DNA of 64,000 nt from Dirinaria sp. TL-2023a (GCA_051941275.1 JAVEBF010000004.1:1-64000), one strand, 5' to 3'. Positions 11,562 to 24,299 are shown, counted from the first letter of the stretch. Translations and numbers: made by a program. The notes: a model not told the origin generated them from the letters alone.

Positions 11562-14500
11562 ATGGCCGCGCAACCTTTCTCCGACACAGGCGGCCGATCT
11601 ACGCATAGCGTTGCCGACAGTTCACATGGTGGCTCGACGGAACTACCACCAATTCCAGCGAGGAGTCCCTTTGCACGTGCGTCAGGGCGAGAAAAGCCCC
11701 AAACCAGCGTCAATGTACGTATACTAGCCAGTACTCGTCCACCCTACGAGAGCACGAGACCTAGCCCTGGGCAGAATCCCAATAATTATAGATCGGAATT
11801 TGCACCCAGGAGAGACCAGCATCTTCAGCCCTCAACCGCGACCGACCAAGAACAAGCCCAGGCTCAGAGATATCATCCTGCATCGCCGCCGAGCGCGGTT
11901 GAGTCTTTGAATTATGCTCAAAGTCATGATACCGCCAACCCGGCAATACGATCATTACCAGCGGCAAACCTGGGCACGTCGCTACAGCGGAGAACTTCTC
12001 GCACCTCAATGAAGTCCACTTCCTCCGCGAAGGCTTTACTAAAGCCTCATTCGGACCTGACGCAAGTCAGTCAGGCTGTGGATTCGGTTGTGACACCCTC
12101 TAGTGGCTATGAAAAGTCCCGTGAGGACCCTTCGCAGGCCATTCCGTTGGATTCTGGACCTCAAGTCCAACCTCCGATTCACCAGTTGACAATGAGCACT
12201 AAGGATCAGTCTCAACTCCACGAGCCTGTCAATGGCAGCCAAATATCCGACCTCCTAGCGAAGTTACCGCCAATTAAGCAAATTACGATGGAAAATTCTG
12301 CTGAGCGTCCTCTCGTGATAGACTCTGCCGGCAATATACCAAGACCTCAATCAATTCATGAGCATAGCAGGGAACTATCATCGCGGGACGACGATGAAGA
12401 GCGAAATCTTCCGACAAAGGCCGTCCCAGAAGATCGTATAATTCGAAGACCGAAAACGTCTAACGCTCCCAAGTCACAAAGTCCATCTGTGCCTGGAACA
12501 CCTGCGTCAAGCGCGAGCCATCGAGCTGCTTCTCTTACACGAGTCATTACAGCTTTGTCCGAGATCAGCTCAAAGTCGAGTCAATCAAGACTTCGACTAC
12601 CCCCGCTAAATATATCTAAGAATTATGAAAGACTTGATGACTCTAACGTTGAGTCCCAAGCCCCAAAGAGCGCCTGGGTTCGGACCCTACTCAGCAGATC
12701 CTCAACAACAGCGACTAAGGAAATGCCCAATCTGACGGCCGGACCTTCGCAGCGGGGAGGACATGCCGCAAGTACTCCGGAGCAAGGGAGAGCGAGAACC
12801 ATGCCATTCTTACAAACGTCATCAGTCACACATAATGAAAACGCTCATCATGGCCAAGCGGAGGCCGATTCTGTAAAAGCTTTGGATTCGAAGAGCAGGC
12901 AGCTTAGAAACGCAGAGTCGTTCTCAGAAGCAATTTCGAACCTGGAAAACCTACTACAAGAGGCTCTTTCGATAGCTCATCAAGCCGCCGATGACGACGA
13001 GCTTGCTAACGACGCGAACAAGAATCACAATTCGTTGCCCGCGACACATGGCCAACCTCAGGGTATCAGCCAATACCGTGCTTTCGCTAAAACTAAGAAC
13101 AGCCCGGCTGACTTTAGTGGCACTGCTTCAAGGCAGGTTCGCAGTATAACCGAGCACTCCAGCGACGTTGAAGATCGCGAAATGAACGGCGATTGGAATA
13201 ATGCCAATGTGGAAATACGTGTAGTGGAACCAGAAAGTGAAGACGATCATGGGCATTTCAAGAAAGCCCGCGACAAAACCCCATACCCTGCGGCTACAAG
13301 GAACCCTTCAATAGTGCCTCCAGCAGATGAAGACTTAAGTACAGCAAATCTGTCATCCTTGCAAGGTCGTTTAGTGGTGATGCCCCCAAACGAACCGTCA
13401 ATTGCACGTAGCCAAACTCAATCAATGAACCAGGACGGACTTTTACGACCTGTTGCCTCGAAAGATTGGGCGCTTGTGAAACGTCGACCTACAATGAAAG
13501 ATCAAGGTCCTGATACCATTCCACTACTACCACGTCAACCAACGGCTGCGCAAGCTCCTTTGAAAGAGCACAAGACTTTCCTTGCTCGTGAGACAAAGCC
13601 TTCATATAACTCCAAATCTATTTTCAGGCCATCCAACCAGCCACGAGCCAGCTCTTTTCGACTACGCCCTAAAAAAGAATATCAAGTATCGAGTGAGGTA
13701 TATGAGATGGACAAGGTCGGCTCTTCGGGAGAAGACTTTGAGGAATCTGATGTCAAAGAAGATTTGAAGGATGTGGAGAAAACTCAGTACGAGAATTTGC
13801 AGAAAGCCACGGGAAGTAACATACAAGCAATGCTCGCCGCTGCTGATGACATGGACACACACCGAGAGTCTGCCGTATCGCCGTTGCCTGGTACGCGATT
13901 CGATATCCAAGATCAGGGGCCTAGCAAACAAGGCTCGATTAGGAAAGGCCGACGAAGCCATTTCAATATCAAAGAACCCCATGGCTTTAGCCTGAGTAGG
14001 TCCCATCGCAGAGCACCTATTGCGAGAGACTGGAGCACGTCGAGGAAGCGTTGGACTGCCACGATTGCGTGCCTGAGCACAGCGCTGATCGGCTTGATTA
14101 TTGGGATCTACGCAGGAGAGGTACCTGCCATCCAATATGCCATAGTGGATGAACATCACTATACGATTCTGGGCAATGTCGTCTTCTTCATTGGCCTGGC
14201 CATTACCACTGTTTTGTGCTTTCCTCTTCCGGTACTTCATGGCCGAAAGCCCTATACGCTGGCAGCATTAGCGATCTTAATGCCACTACAATTTCCTCAG
14301 GCGCTGGCCGTTAACACACAGCGTACTCCATCTGTTGCGACTTATCGAATCGGCCTCCTTGTTCCACGGGCTATTGCTGGCCTCGTCATGGGATTTGCCA
14401 ACATCAATTTCTTGGCTACTTTGCTGGACCTGTTCGGAGCGTCCTTGCAAAGCAGCAACCCGCATCAGGAGGTAGTCGACGTCAATGACGTCCGTCGGCA

Positions 14501-15859
14501 TGGTGGAGGAATGGGCATGTGGCTGGGCATTTGGACCTGGTGCTTCATTGGATCTCTTGGCGTTGGCTTCTTCATTGGGGCGGTCATCATTAGCGGGCTT
14601 GATGTCTCTTGGGGTTTCTGGATCACGATTATTCTCACGGCTGCTGTACTTGTACTCAACGTGCTTGTACCTGAAGTCCGAAGATCCGCTTACCGTCGGT
14701 CTCTGGCCGAGGTTCGAAATGGCGGCGAAGTTTCTCGACGTATCGCTCGAGGAGAGATGAAGATGCATCTTGATGCAACTGGGCCAATTTATTGGTGGGA
14801 AGAAGTCACCGCCGGCTTAAGAATATGCGCTCGGATGCTCCAGCAGCCTGGCTTCGTTGTCCTCTCGCTGTACTTGGGATGGATTTATGGGCAGATCGTG
14901 CTGGTCATTGTAGTGAGTGCTTGACATGCAGGATAACGGATCGGACTAACTCCGTCACAGCTCCTGGGCGCCCTAACATCAAAGTATTACCACTTCCGTC
15001 CGCAATATGTTGGGCTTTGCGTCGCAGCGATTCCCATCGGCGCTTTGCTCGCGACCCCCTTTCAGAAGGCGTCGGTGCTCAGTCGTTCCAGGACTCACAA
15101 ACCAAGAACAGACAGTATGACCTTTGAAAAGCGTGTGTCACGATCATCCCATCTCGTTCGACGAACCATATTCATGATCCTGTTGCCATTCGCAGACCTA
15201 GCGTACACTCTATCGTCCGGTGGTGCTCATACGCACTACATGGTCCCCACATTCTTTGCAGGCACCATAGGCTTTTTCTCGAACCTTGCCATCGCAGAGT
15301 GCAACGGCATCATCATGGAGACTTACGATACTTCTGACCTTCAAGCAGGTATGACAGGCAGACCTCGTCGTGTCCTGCCGGACGAAATTGCGAGCAAGCG
15401 CACGAATTTCTCATGTTTCCCGAGAGTAACTGCCGCTTTTGCCATCTCGCAGGCGGTGGCATATCTGATCGCAGCCGCGGGCACAGGAACGGGCGGTGCC
15501 ATCGAAAGACGCCTTGGTGCCCAAACGGCTACCGCCGTGGTGGCTGGGATACTTTTGGTACTGACACTGCTACTGATCGCCATCCTGACCCGCTTTAGGA
15601 CGGTACAGATCATTCCGACTCAACGATATGGGACAGCAATCCTGTCGGGCCCCGAGAATGAGTGGAAACCGTAAGTGTTCCTGTACCCAGGCTCTTTGTT
15701 CCAGCCACAGCCTGCTAATTTCTACGGCTTTGCAGGGTGATTATTGGCCATCCTAGCGGCACTACGCGCAGGATGAGTCTACTGGAACTGGGCAGAATGA
15801 CAAGATGGACGGAGATAAGGCGGAGGAATAGGTTGATGAGTGGGCTGTCAGCGCCTTGA
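11562..15859 (+). CDS. MFS transporter (polyamine/drug:H+ antiporter-like) with ~830 aa disordered N-terminal extension
   Basis: PIARDWSTSRKRW followed by many TM helices and PVLHGRKPY. Introns at ~14912-14960 and 15671-15735; spliced frame ends ...LMSGLSAP* at 15859. Confidence 0.85.
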
Positions 15860-17452
15860 GAGAGTCTGGCCAGTCCTTCGTGCACTTGAGCAGCTCGTCT
15901 ATGCCCTAATTTTAGCGCCTTGGATCGCCAAGATCATGCAAGCACGATACGGATTGCGGGTATAGATCGGATTTGCCAGCGCTTGCATATGTATTGATGA
16001 AAATTCAATGCGCACATCCATCGAGAAGGCCCTTAAATCCGTGGAGAACGTCGACGTGGTCGCTTTCTGCCTGAAGCGTCGAGCATGCAGAGTAAGGTAC
16101 CTTCACCTAAACTCAAATTGATGTGACAGTAGTGTTACTTATCCCACGCTCTTCGCTTAGCATTCTCACTACTGTCAATCTACTGTACGGATTAACCCCC
16201 ATGATGATAGTCCCTTTGGCCTATTATGCATCATCCTTACCAGTACGGGGCTTTCTTTTCCGTTACGATTTGACGAGCCAAAGGTACCTCAGGCTACCAC
16301 GTCGTCAGGCTTTATCGAGCATTCCAACCTATCATTGACCGTGCACGTACTCTCATACCGTTGTTGTTGAACGGCAAACGGCCACACTTGGTCGTCGATC
16401 ACTAATGTAGCGGCCGCAAGGTACCGAGGGTTTCTTGTGGGAGAACTTGCGCTAACAGCTTTAGAGTCCCCCGGCAGAGGCGCTACATGCCGATAGTACC
16501 GTAGTGACAGAAGGGTACAATCACCCTCAACACACTTTTAAGATGTTGACTGCTCACAGGATACATTACGTACGTTGGGCTACAGTAGCATATGATCATT
16601 GGCTACCATCGCCACGGGATATCGTCCTTACCGGAAAGAGCAGCGCGTTACGGCAAGTGCGCTGAGACTCCGTAGCTTACGGCGATGTCAAAGGTCTCGG
16701 CCATTGCTCTGACGTGCGCACGCGAACTGGGATTGCCGTACCTATTTCCAAATCAGATATCTGATTTGGTATCGAAGAAATCGATCTGAATAATAGTTCT
16801 CCGTCACTTGTTCATTGTTTTTCAAAATTTTACCTTTTTCCTATTCGGTGGAGGTCGAGATCTGCAGCGCAGCCGCTCCACGCAGCCACCAATTCCTTCA
16901 GTTCTCGTGAGCCGCTTTGGCTACAGTCTGGGGAAATCCTTCCCGAACAGCCCGCCCTTGTACGGGTACCTCGTCCAACGGTGGAATGAAGCTAGGTAGG
17001 GCTACCCAATCTCCAATGATTTTTGACGATGCGGCACTCCCAGCGACTTGGTCACGTTTGGAATAGAGCACTGCTGGGTACTACTGAGCGCCGGCCCATG
17101 TTCTGGAACGAACGCCTCCCCATTGGCGCAAGTTGCGTCCCCACCAACATGAAGCCAATAGTTGGGCTGCAAGGTCTTGGAGCTTCTGGAAGATCCAGAT
17201 CCAGCATTTGAGAGGGATCTTGCATTGCTCGGGAAATTCATCACAGCAAGCAGTGGCAGGTGTGACTATTAACGCAGGAACCAGCACACGATCTCTTACC
17301 TATTTGCCACTTGGGGATATGGAATCCGCTGAACAGCTACTTTAGCTTTTCACATCAAAAAGATCGGTCTCCCTCTTTGCCTTTCTGCTCCCCACGATGT
17401 CGTAGGACCACGTTGTTTTAGATGCTTGCTAGCTAAATATAATCACGGGGCC

Positions 17453-18064
17453 ATGGATGACTTTAGCGTCTCTTCGAGCTCCTCACGAGGAGCATCATCC
17501 TCTTGCGGTGACACACCTCGGCGTGCTGCGATTGGCCCGTGCTCGGTGACAGAGTTATCGCGGCAGTTCGATCAGCACACTCTCGAGCCCCAAAAGCGAG
17601 CTTCGTTTGCGCGATCTTCACCTTCCCAGTCCTACCACCTCCACCCTACGATGGCGCGCGATCTCCCATGTTCCATGAACAGCCAAAACACCAGCCGACG
17701 CCCGCGAGAATCAATTATCCGCCGCCAGTGCTCAGCCGCCAGTATGTCGCGACTGTCATCCTTGGTACAAGACCTCATTCGTGACGAAAGTTCGGCATAC
17801 GACGCTGCCCACATCTCGCCATCAAGCGATAGCGACTCCGTACCTCCACTGTTCTCCCACGAGCGGCCTCGATTAGGATCCCCTACTACCAGTTTCGCAT
17901 CTACCTCTTCTTGCTCGGAGGACAGCGAACTCGAGCCACAGAGATCTTCGGGAACTGGGCCAACGTACAGAGTAGGCAAGGATCTGAGCCATATTACTAC
18001 AAGAGAGGGAGTCAGCAGACAGTATAAAGATGTCCGAGTCAGAAAAGCCAGCAGGAGGAGATGA
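17453..18064 (+). CDS. Ser-rich hypothetical protein with basic C-terminus
   Basis: ORF of ~200 aa from ATG 17453; low complexity, ends RVRKASRRR. Start uncertain. Confidence 0.55.
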   Translation: MDDFSVSSSSSRGASSSCGDTPRRAAIGPCSVTELSRQFDQHTLEPQKRASFARSSPSQSYHLHPTMARDLPCSMNSQNTSRRPRESIIRRQCSAASMSRLSSLVQDLIRDESSAYDAAHISPSSDSDSVPPLFSHERPRLGSPTTSFASTSSCSEDSELEPQRSSGTGPTYRVGKDLSHITTREGVSRQYKDVRVRKASRRR

Positions 18065-18512
18065 CCGACGTCGGCTAGTTGACAGAAACGAGTGTGGCAA
18101 TTATTTTTTGCAGGGGCGTTTGGAAATCATGTTTTTCTAAAGTGATCATAGGTGGTTCGCGGAATGATTACGACCTCTTCGAGGCTACGGCGATGGATTG
18201 AGGTATCTCATGGGGTACGGTTTCGTCTAAGGCTGTCGTAATTTGTTGTATGTCGATGCTAAATAGTGAAGAATGTTCTGACATATCGAGTCTACTTTAC
18301 TCTATCTTAGTATTACTTACCTAAAGGTACCTTATCTGATGCTCGTGTTCGTGCATTTTGCGCCATTGACTGCATTCCGCATACCGCTATGCTACAATGG
18401 GTTAGCAGTATCTTTTCCCTTAATTCAACCCCCCCCCCGATCCAATCAAGTGTCCGCTCCCTCACCATTTATTAATCCCATTCCCATATTCCCATACCAT
18501 GGGAGTACCTAG

Positions 18513-19528
18513 ATGGCAGGAGCAAGAATTGCTTCTGGCATTAGGAGACATGGTCTCACCCCCGGTGCAGTACATATCCGCGTCTTTCCCCGGCCACGAA
18601 ATCTTGCAGAAAGCAGGGAAATCTTGAAGGCTCTAGAGAAGTATGGGGAGATATCCATGTATAAACATCTCAAAGTTCGTGTCCTCACTGCGCTCAAAAC
18701 CCGATCGACACATCACTAGAGAGTTTCTTAGCTGATTTCAGTCTATTCCAGTATGAGCCCATCGCCCCTGCCGCGAATACGATATTAGCCATTTACCAGA
18801 GTCCGCAATCCGCTCAAAAGTTGATCGGCGCTAGTCCTTTACAGCTCAGGCTCGAGCGCAAAGACAGCGGCTGGAAGCATCTTGACCCTGATGGCGCTAG
18901 TGAGGGCAGTAAAGCCGCGAGTGAAGATCAGCTCTTGGTAAGCCGAGAGGAGGCGACCACCGTACCAGCGGAAGCACTAAACGCTGGCGGAGATTCATCT
19001 GGAAGCGACAGTGCTGGCGAGATTTCGGGAAGCCTCGCTCCCAAAGACAATACATTCAAAAACCTAGGTGGAAACAATAAATGGGGCTCCCGGGGCCCTT
19101 CTATCGAGAAAGCATCACCTGTAGAGACCTCGCCACAGCTAAAGACAATGAGACCAGACGCCGAGAAATTAACAGCTCTCCCAATCATCTCATTCCAAAG
19201 CGCTACGCCCCAAACCAATCGACACGGTCAGTCCATCTCTACCAAGTACCGAGAGTACAAACTCGAGATCAGTCCTTCGAACATGAATCACCGGGCCTAT
19301 ATAGCACGGCAATTGTACTACGGGCCCTTCCAACCGGACACGAAAACAATCATGGCGGCGGATCTGGACGGGAGAGTGCCATTGGACGGGATGCTCGACT
19401 GCCACATGGGGAAGGGTGAACGCCCTTTGCGCGAGAGAATACAAATGAAGGACGGTGGCGCGTTCAGATCATTCTCGCTCAAAGAACTGTATGAGAAGAA
19501 GGTTTCAGAAAGCAATGGAAATCTGTAA
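18513..19528 (+). CDS. Fungal hypothetical protein (possibly mitochondrial)
   Basis: Exon 1 VHIRVFPRPRNLAESREILKALEKYGEISMYKHLK joins exon 2 (YEPIAPAANTILAIY...) in phase across a GTTCGT...CCAG intron at ~18675-18751. Confidence 0.75.
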
Positions 19529-20559
19529 TATTCCGCTGGAGTTCATGACGCAGCTACAGCATGTCTTGGCTTAGAGTCGAGAGACACTGCTGAGCTTTTA
19601 GAAAAATACACTCGAATTGAGAGTCGAGTAATCACTGGATGAGCAGCGCAAAGGCATAGCAAGCGGTACAAAGGCTTCCGTCCACTCTACAATAGTATGC
19701 AATTGTCGATCAATCAACCCACAGAAGCACAGCATGTCTTGAATCGATGAAGATATTATCGATTCTTTCTTCCAACCAGGTCTCCTCTGCCATGAGAAGC
19801 GAAAATGTCGTAGCTCGAAGTCGCTTGCGAAATTTAACAAGATGTCACCTTGAGAGTTGAATTTCGAGTGTATAGGCAGCAATAAGAGTTCTCCGCCGGC
19901 CAATATTATTGATGAAGCGGATTGCACCATAGCGATTCTTTGCTATCTATCTATATCTATATCTACTACAGTTTTGACCAAGAATAATCGGGAAGCGAAA
20001 GATAATCCATTCTCAAGGACCACAACTACCTACTGACTAAGCTAGGGATCCATCCCCTGAAGGGCAATCACCCTAGACAGGATCTCAAAATTCAAGAACT
20101 GTGACAAGTTACTCTCCTTGACAGATATGATGAGCTTGTTCCCTGTTCATGATCCAGCATTCTTTGATTCATTTATTTCAATGGTGTTTTCCAGAACGAG
20201 ATTAGCTGGACTCGTCGTTTTCATAATCCTTTTCATAGTGCGTTAAAGGTAGTCGTGTAGGGGTACTGTACTGGACCTCCTCAAGGGCAAGGTGGTTCGA
20301 TGACCACAACTGCTCCAGGCGACTGGTACGAAGACTCAGATTCAGGCCTGGACGCAACCAATACAAAGACCGGCAAGCCCTTGACTGCGAATCCTGAAGG
20401 CAGATAACCCCTGGCACGTTTCACCAAATAAAAGGGTAGGGTGGGAGAGGACTAGCAAGTATACACCTCCGGAGGGTTGTAAGATTGGCCGGTTGGTTAA
20501 GGTACAAAGTTCTGGGGATTGCTAACTATCCCTCAATTATGAGCCAATCCATATTCGGC

Positions 20560-21650
20560 CTAACAGCGTCCAAGGAAACCCATAGTCTGCGTCATAAGGT
20601 AGGAAGCATTTCGTAGAATGGGGTCCAAGATTTCGTCTTCTTTCCGTTCCCAGATGCTAAATCGCAGTGTAATGATCTTGAAAAGTTTGAATGTATCAGC
20701 ATAGAATCGATGACAACAAGAAGTAAAAGCGTCTCAGAAAATCGATGGAGAGATGGAAGATGATTCATCATTTCCTCTCATATACTTCAAGGCATCTGAA
20801 TACTTAACAACCTAACTAAGTCAAGGAATCCAAAGAGCAGCAGAGAGTATGATTTTTAACAGTCTCCGTCATAGGAAGAATTCTGTAGGATAGTATGAAG
20901 GAACTTCTTACTCTCTCTCTCAGAGCGTTCGCAGATTCTAAGATACAATGTAATCATCTTGGAAAGCTCGAAAGCATCCATATAAGTCCGGTGATGATGA
21001 AAATTTGGAGGCGTCTTTTAGCGAGAACAATTAAGATGAAAGTTGATTCTTTCCCAAGAGTCCGAAGGCATTCAAATACTTGACTATCTGCAGTCGCGGA
21101 GCTCAAACGTCGAGCGGATCCTGATAGTATTTCTGAAGCTTAGTATTTAGAGACTTGAAGGGCGTTTTCTTTGAGCGTTCGTCGATGCTAAAATACATCT
21201 TGAACATTCTGAGAAGCTTGAATGCATCCACGTAAGCTCGGTGACATGAAAACCTGAAATTATCTCCTTGAAAAAAATAAAGGGTAAATTCCATACGCAC
21301 TGACCGTAGACCAGAAACGAAAGCAAAGAAAGGAGTGAAATTCCTAATCTCATAGACTTATAGCGGCTTTCAAATCGAACCGTGAAAGGTACAAGATTCC
21401 TTTGGCAGGAACCTCAGCGGTTCTCGGCGATCTGATACAATGTAATGATCTTGAAAAGCTTGAAAGCATCCACGTAAGCTCTGTGATACGGAAATCTGAA
21501 AAGATTTTATCACCAGTAATCAGGTGAACAAGATACTTCCCAAAGACAGAGGAAGTTGTTGCTCCAAGAATAGCTTGATCAGTTGCATGTGATTTGACAC
21601 GAACGAAAGAATCTTCGCTTCTCTGCTTGTAGAGACTAATATCTTCTGAG
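20560..21650 (-). pseudogene. Tandem repeat-domain gene remnant (4 units of ~240-280 bp)
   Basis: Minus-strand translations: HRAYVDAFKLFKIITLY (~21470), HRAYVDAFKLLRMFKMYFSIDER (~21230), HRTYMDAFELSKMITLYLRICER (~20980), HRFYADTFKLFKIITLRFSIWER (~20700). Stops and frameshifts lie between units. Confidence 0.7.
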
Positions 21651-21655
21651 ATCGA

Positions 21656-21786
21656 TATTGGTAACCGGTGGGAAAATGATGATTTTGAAGAAAGATGATT
21701 TCCATTTGACGAGACAATCGTTCTCTAAGTACTACTTGCTGACTAATGAAGTTGTCAAGTCGACCTCAGAGTTTAGAACTCTAACA
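21656..21786. repeat. Direct repeat copy A (~120-130 bp; partner at 24973-25088)
   Basis: TATTGGTAACCGGTGGGAAAA-TGATGATTTTG...GACAATCGT...CTAAGTACTACTT.CTGAC...CTAACA is shared by both copies. Confidence 0.92.
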
Positions 21787-22154
21787 ACTGTCGCTAAAGC
21801 TCAGACAGATGGTCATCAAATATAACGACGCTGATTTTTTTCGCTATCGAGATAGCGATAATTGTAGAACTGACGTGTTTGAATTTTTTCGTTAATGAGA
21901 TGACGTTTTTATTCGTTTCGATAGCATCAACAGTCGAAAAAATGATTGTTAAGATCGTTTTTTGAGACATTGACAAAACTGCTGATGATGAAACGAAAAA
22001 AGCTCGTGATTCCTTCTCTGAATCTCATCCGTCAATGTTGAAATCAGAAATAGATTATTTTCGTTTGAATGAGATCGTGAGTTTTGACATTAAGATCTCT
22101 TTAGTTATCGATTTGTTGCTTTGCTCGTTGAGGTTTTCGTGATAGAGTACGATT

Positions 22155-22294
22155 TATGGTTGGTAAAAAGGTTGTCATTCCTAACTACTGAATGGTCATC
22201 TAAAATACAAGGGCGAAAGGGCGGTTGCCACGGTGACAATTGCCACCGTCCATGGTGGCAAGTACTGCCACTACCAATGGTCCCAGCAACCGCA
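22155..22294. repeat. Direct repeat module 1 containing a palindromic GC-rich element (22221-22293); partner at ~22640-22773
   Basis: AAAAGGTTGTCATT..AACTAC.GAATGGTCAT.TAAA.TACAAG..GCGGTTGCCACGGTGA..TTGCCACCGTCCATGGTGGCAAGTAC...GCAACCGC. Confidence 0.92.
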
Positions 22295-22639
22295 AAATTT
22301 CGAGCTGTTGTGACGAGACGAGATCGTTTAGTTTATAACGATTGATAAGATCGATCTTGATCTTTTTTCTGATCAGATATACCTCTTCCTTCGTGCCTTT
22401 TTGTTCAAGCAGCTGAATATTTCCCATGATTATTGGGTAGCGTAAGTGTCCCTCTCCGTCGAGTATCAATATCGTCTTGTCGTGACCATGGGCATTCTGC
22501 CTTACTCCACCATGTGAGTTAAAACTATCCAGAAATAGCAGCAATGCAATACACACAGTGAAAATTCTGGAGCGAAGTTGACTTGTTGATTCCTATGTTT
22601 AAGAGAATCTGTGAGGAGTCGGATTTGGTAGGGTACTGG

Positions 22640-22773
22640 TTATGGGTGATGAAAAGGTTGTCATTTGCAACTACGGAATGGTCATTTAAATACAAGCGGT
22701 TGCCACGGTGATTGCCACCGTCCATGGTGGCAAGTACTAAGTACCGCCACAACCAATGGTACTGGCAACCGCA
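22640..22773. repeat. Direct repeat module 2 containing a palindromic GC-rich element (22696-22772)
   Basis: GCGGTTGCCA...TGGCAACCGC 10-bp inverted ends and internal hairpin TTGCCACC-GTCCAT-GGTGGCAA. Confidence 0.92.
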
Positions 22774-23124
22774 ACAGGATTTGCCTTCGATGTTCTTCGC
22801 TAGTGACATAGAGTTTGGAGATCGTCAACAAAGCACCAATTATAGTGCTTCTATCAACTGCAATCTTTGATTCAAAACCTTTGGTTGTTTCTAGAATCGT
22901 GTTGACTCTGGCAATCAAGTTGATGAGAAATTTCTTGATCTGCAGTTTGTGATATCTCTTTTTTTGATGATGCTGATATCTTAATTGATTCATCTCGTTC
23001 AGCAACTGCGAGAATAGTTGCTGTCTCATACTTAGGGGGAGGTCATCGATTCGATAGTGAGGTTCATCGAATGCGCTTCGTCACTAAAGATGAAAATTTG
23101 CTGAAGTTTTTCTCTCATGATATT

Positions 23125-23574
23125 TCAAAATGTCTTTTGAGATAGTGCTTCGTTTTTGTCGAGCGAGATTTCATACGCTTTGCCGTCTTCAGTATTGATT
23201 GTGTAGGGTAGAGTAAAGCAGAAAAATTCGACTTCTTTCTGCTTTAGATGGGGCCTGCAGTAGATATTGCTGGGCGATGTCTCAGATTGAAAATCTAGGG
23301 ATAGATCTCTCTTCGTCTCGCTCTTGAGTTTTTTTCTTGAAATTTTGGTTGAATCTTCTATGACGTTTTTCGCCCTCTTCTTGCTCTTGCTTGCAGTGGC
23401 TGCTGTCACTGGCGTGTTTTTCTTCTTGGGCACACCGCCCTCTTTTCTGCTTCGGCCACTCGCTTGACCCCCTAACTTCCCTGCCATGACCTTCTTGGGA
23501 TTACTTTCGAGTGAGCTCTTCGAATGTCTGCCCATGATCGATGATTGCGGACAAGATACGTCGCTCATGTTCAT
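23125..23574 (-). CDS. Lys-rich hypothetical ORF in the island (may be a truncated pseudogene)
   Basis: 149 aa, very basic, contains AGKLGGQASGRSRK; ends at a TGA that could be a mutated TGG. Confidence 0.4.
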   Translation of the reverse strand: MNMSDVSCPQSSIMGRHSKSSLESNPKKVMAGKLGGQASGRSRKEGGVPKKKNTPVTAATASKSKKRAKNVIEDSTKISRKKLKSETKRDLSLDFQSETSPSNIYCRPHLKQKEVEFFCFTLPYTINTEDGKAYEISLDKNEALSQKTF

Positions 23575-24299
23575 CGAGTATACAGATCTCCGTCAAGAGT
23601 TCTTTGCTGGATCGATTCATAAATCCACAGTCGATGAAAAAGCAGCGGTAAGACGATTCAGTCTCTGAAAACGATGAATCGAGATTAGCTAACATATGAG
23701 AAAGTCATCCTCATTGAGTTGAACTAAAGGTGTGACTCCCCGCACGCAATCCTGCATCGTCGAAGAGTCAAGAATCCCCGCTGCTGGTCCTTCGGTTTTC
23801 TGTTGTCTATTGGATGTGTAATACATCATTTTGCCACTTCTCCAAGAGACACAATACGCAGTTGGGACCGGATCCTAAACAATCTGTTGCTGGTGAATAC
23901 TTGAGCAATGTGTTCTCCTCCGTTTTCGAGAAGGTCCAGTATGGGCGTGACGGTTTTCCAGCACCTCTTCCTAAACAAGGCGATTGTCTGTGACTGCCGA
24001 ACTTGTCAGCAGATATAATCCAGAGGCAGAGTAATGTTTAAGGGCCGTACTCACAAATGTGAGCTTGTTTGCTGCCTCCTACCAACACAAGAGGCCATAA
24101 TCTCCGTCTCAGCGGAGTCAGCTTAGGAAAGCCTGAACAGTGGAGAGTATCTGACGAGCTTTATCATTGTGAGTACAGTGATTATCACGCGATGTCGAAT
24201 AAATTGTCATGGAATGACAAGAATGCTGAAAAAGAGAGGAAATTCTTGCTTTTGCGACTATGAATCTATGGTCCTCTTAATACATGCTGGCGTCACCGC

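Noticed and set aside
20660..21500. LRR-like plus-strand reading CNDLEKLESIHVS, or a CRISPR-like array
   Set aside because: The minus frame is conserved over a longer span; units are too long and diverged for CRISPR, the context is eukaryotic and no cas genes are present.
22221..22772. Integron attC, tRNA or ribozyme interpretation of the palindromic module
   Set aside because: Core order is GTT...AAC (opposite to attC); no T-loop/D-loop or CUGANGA/GAAA motifs; no integrase seen.
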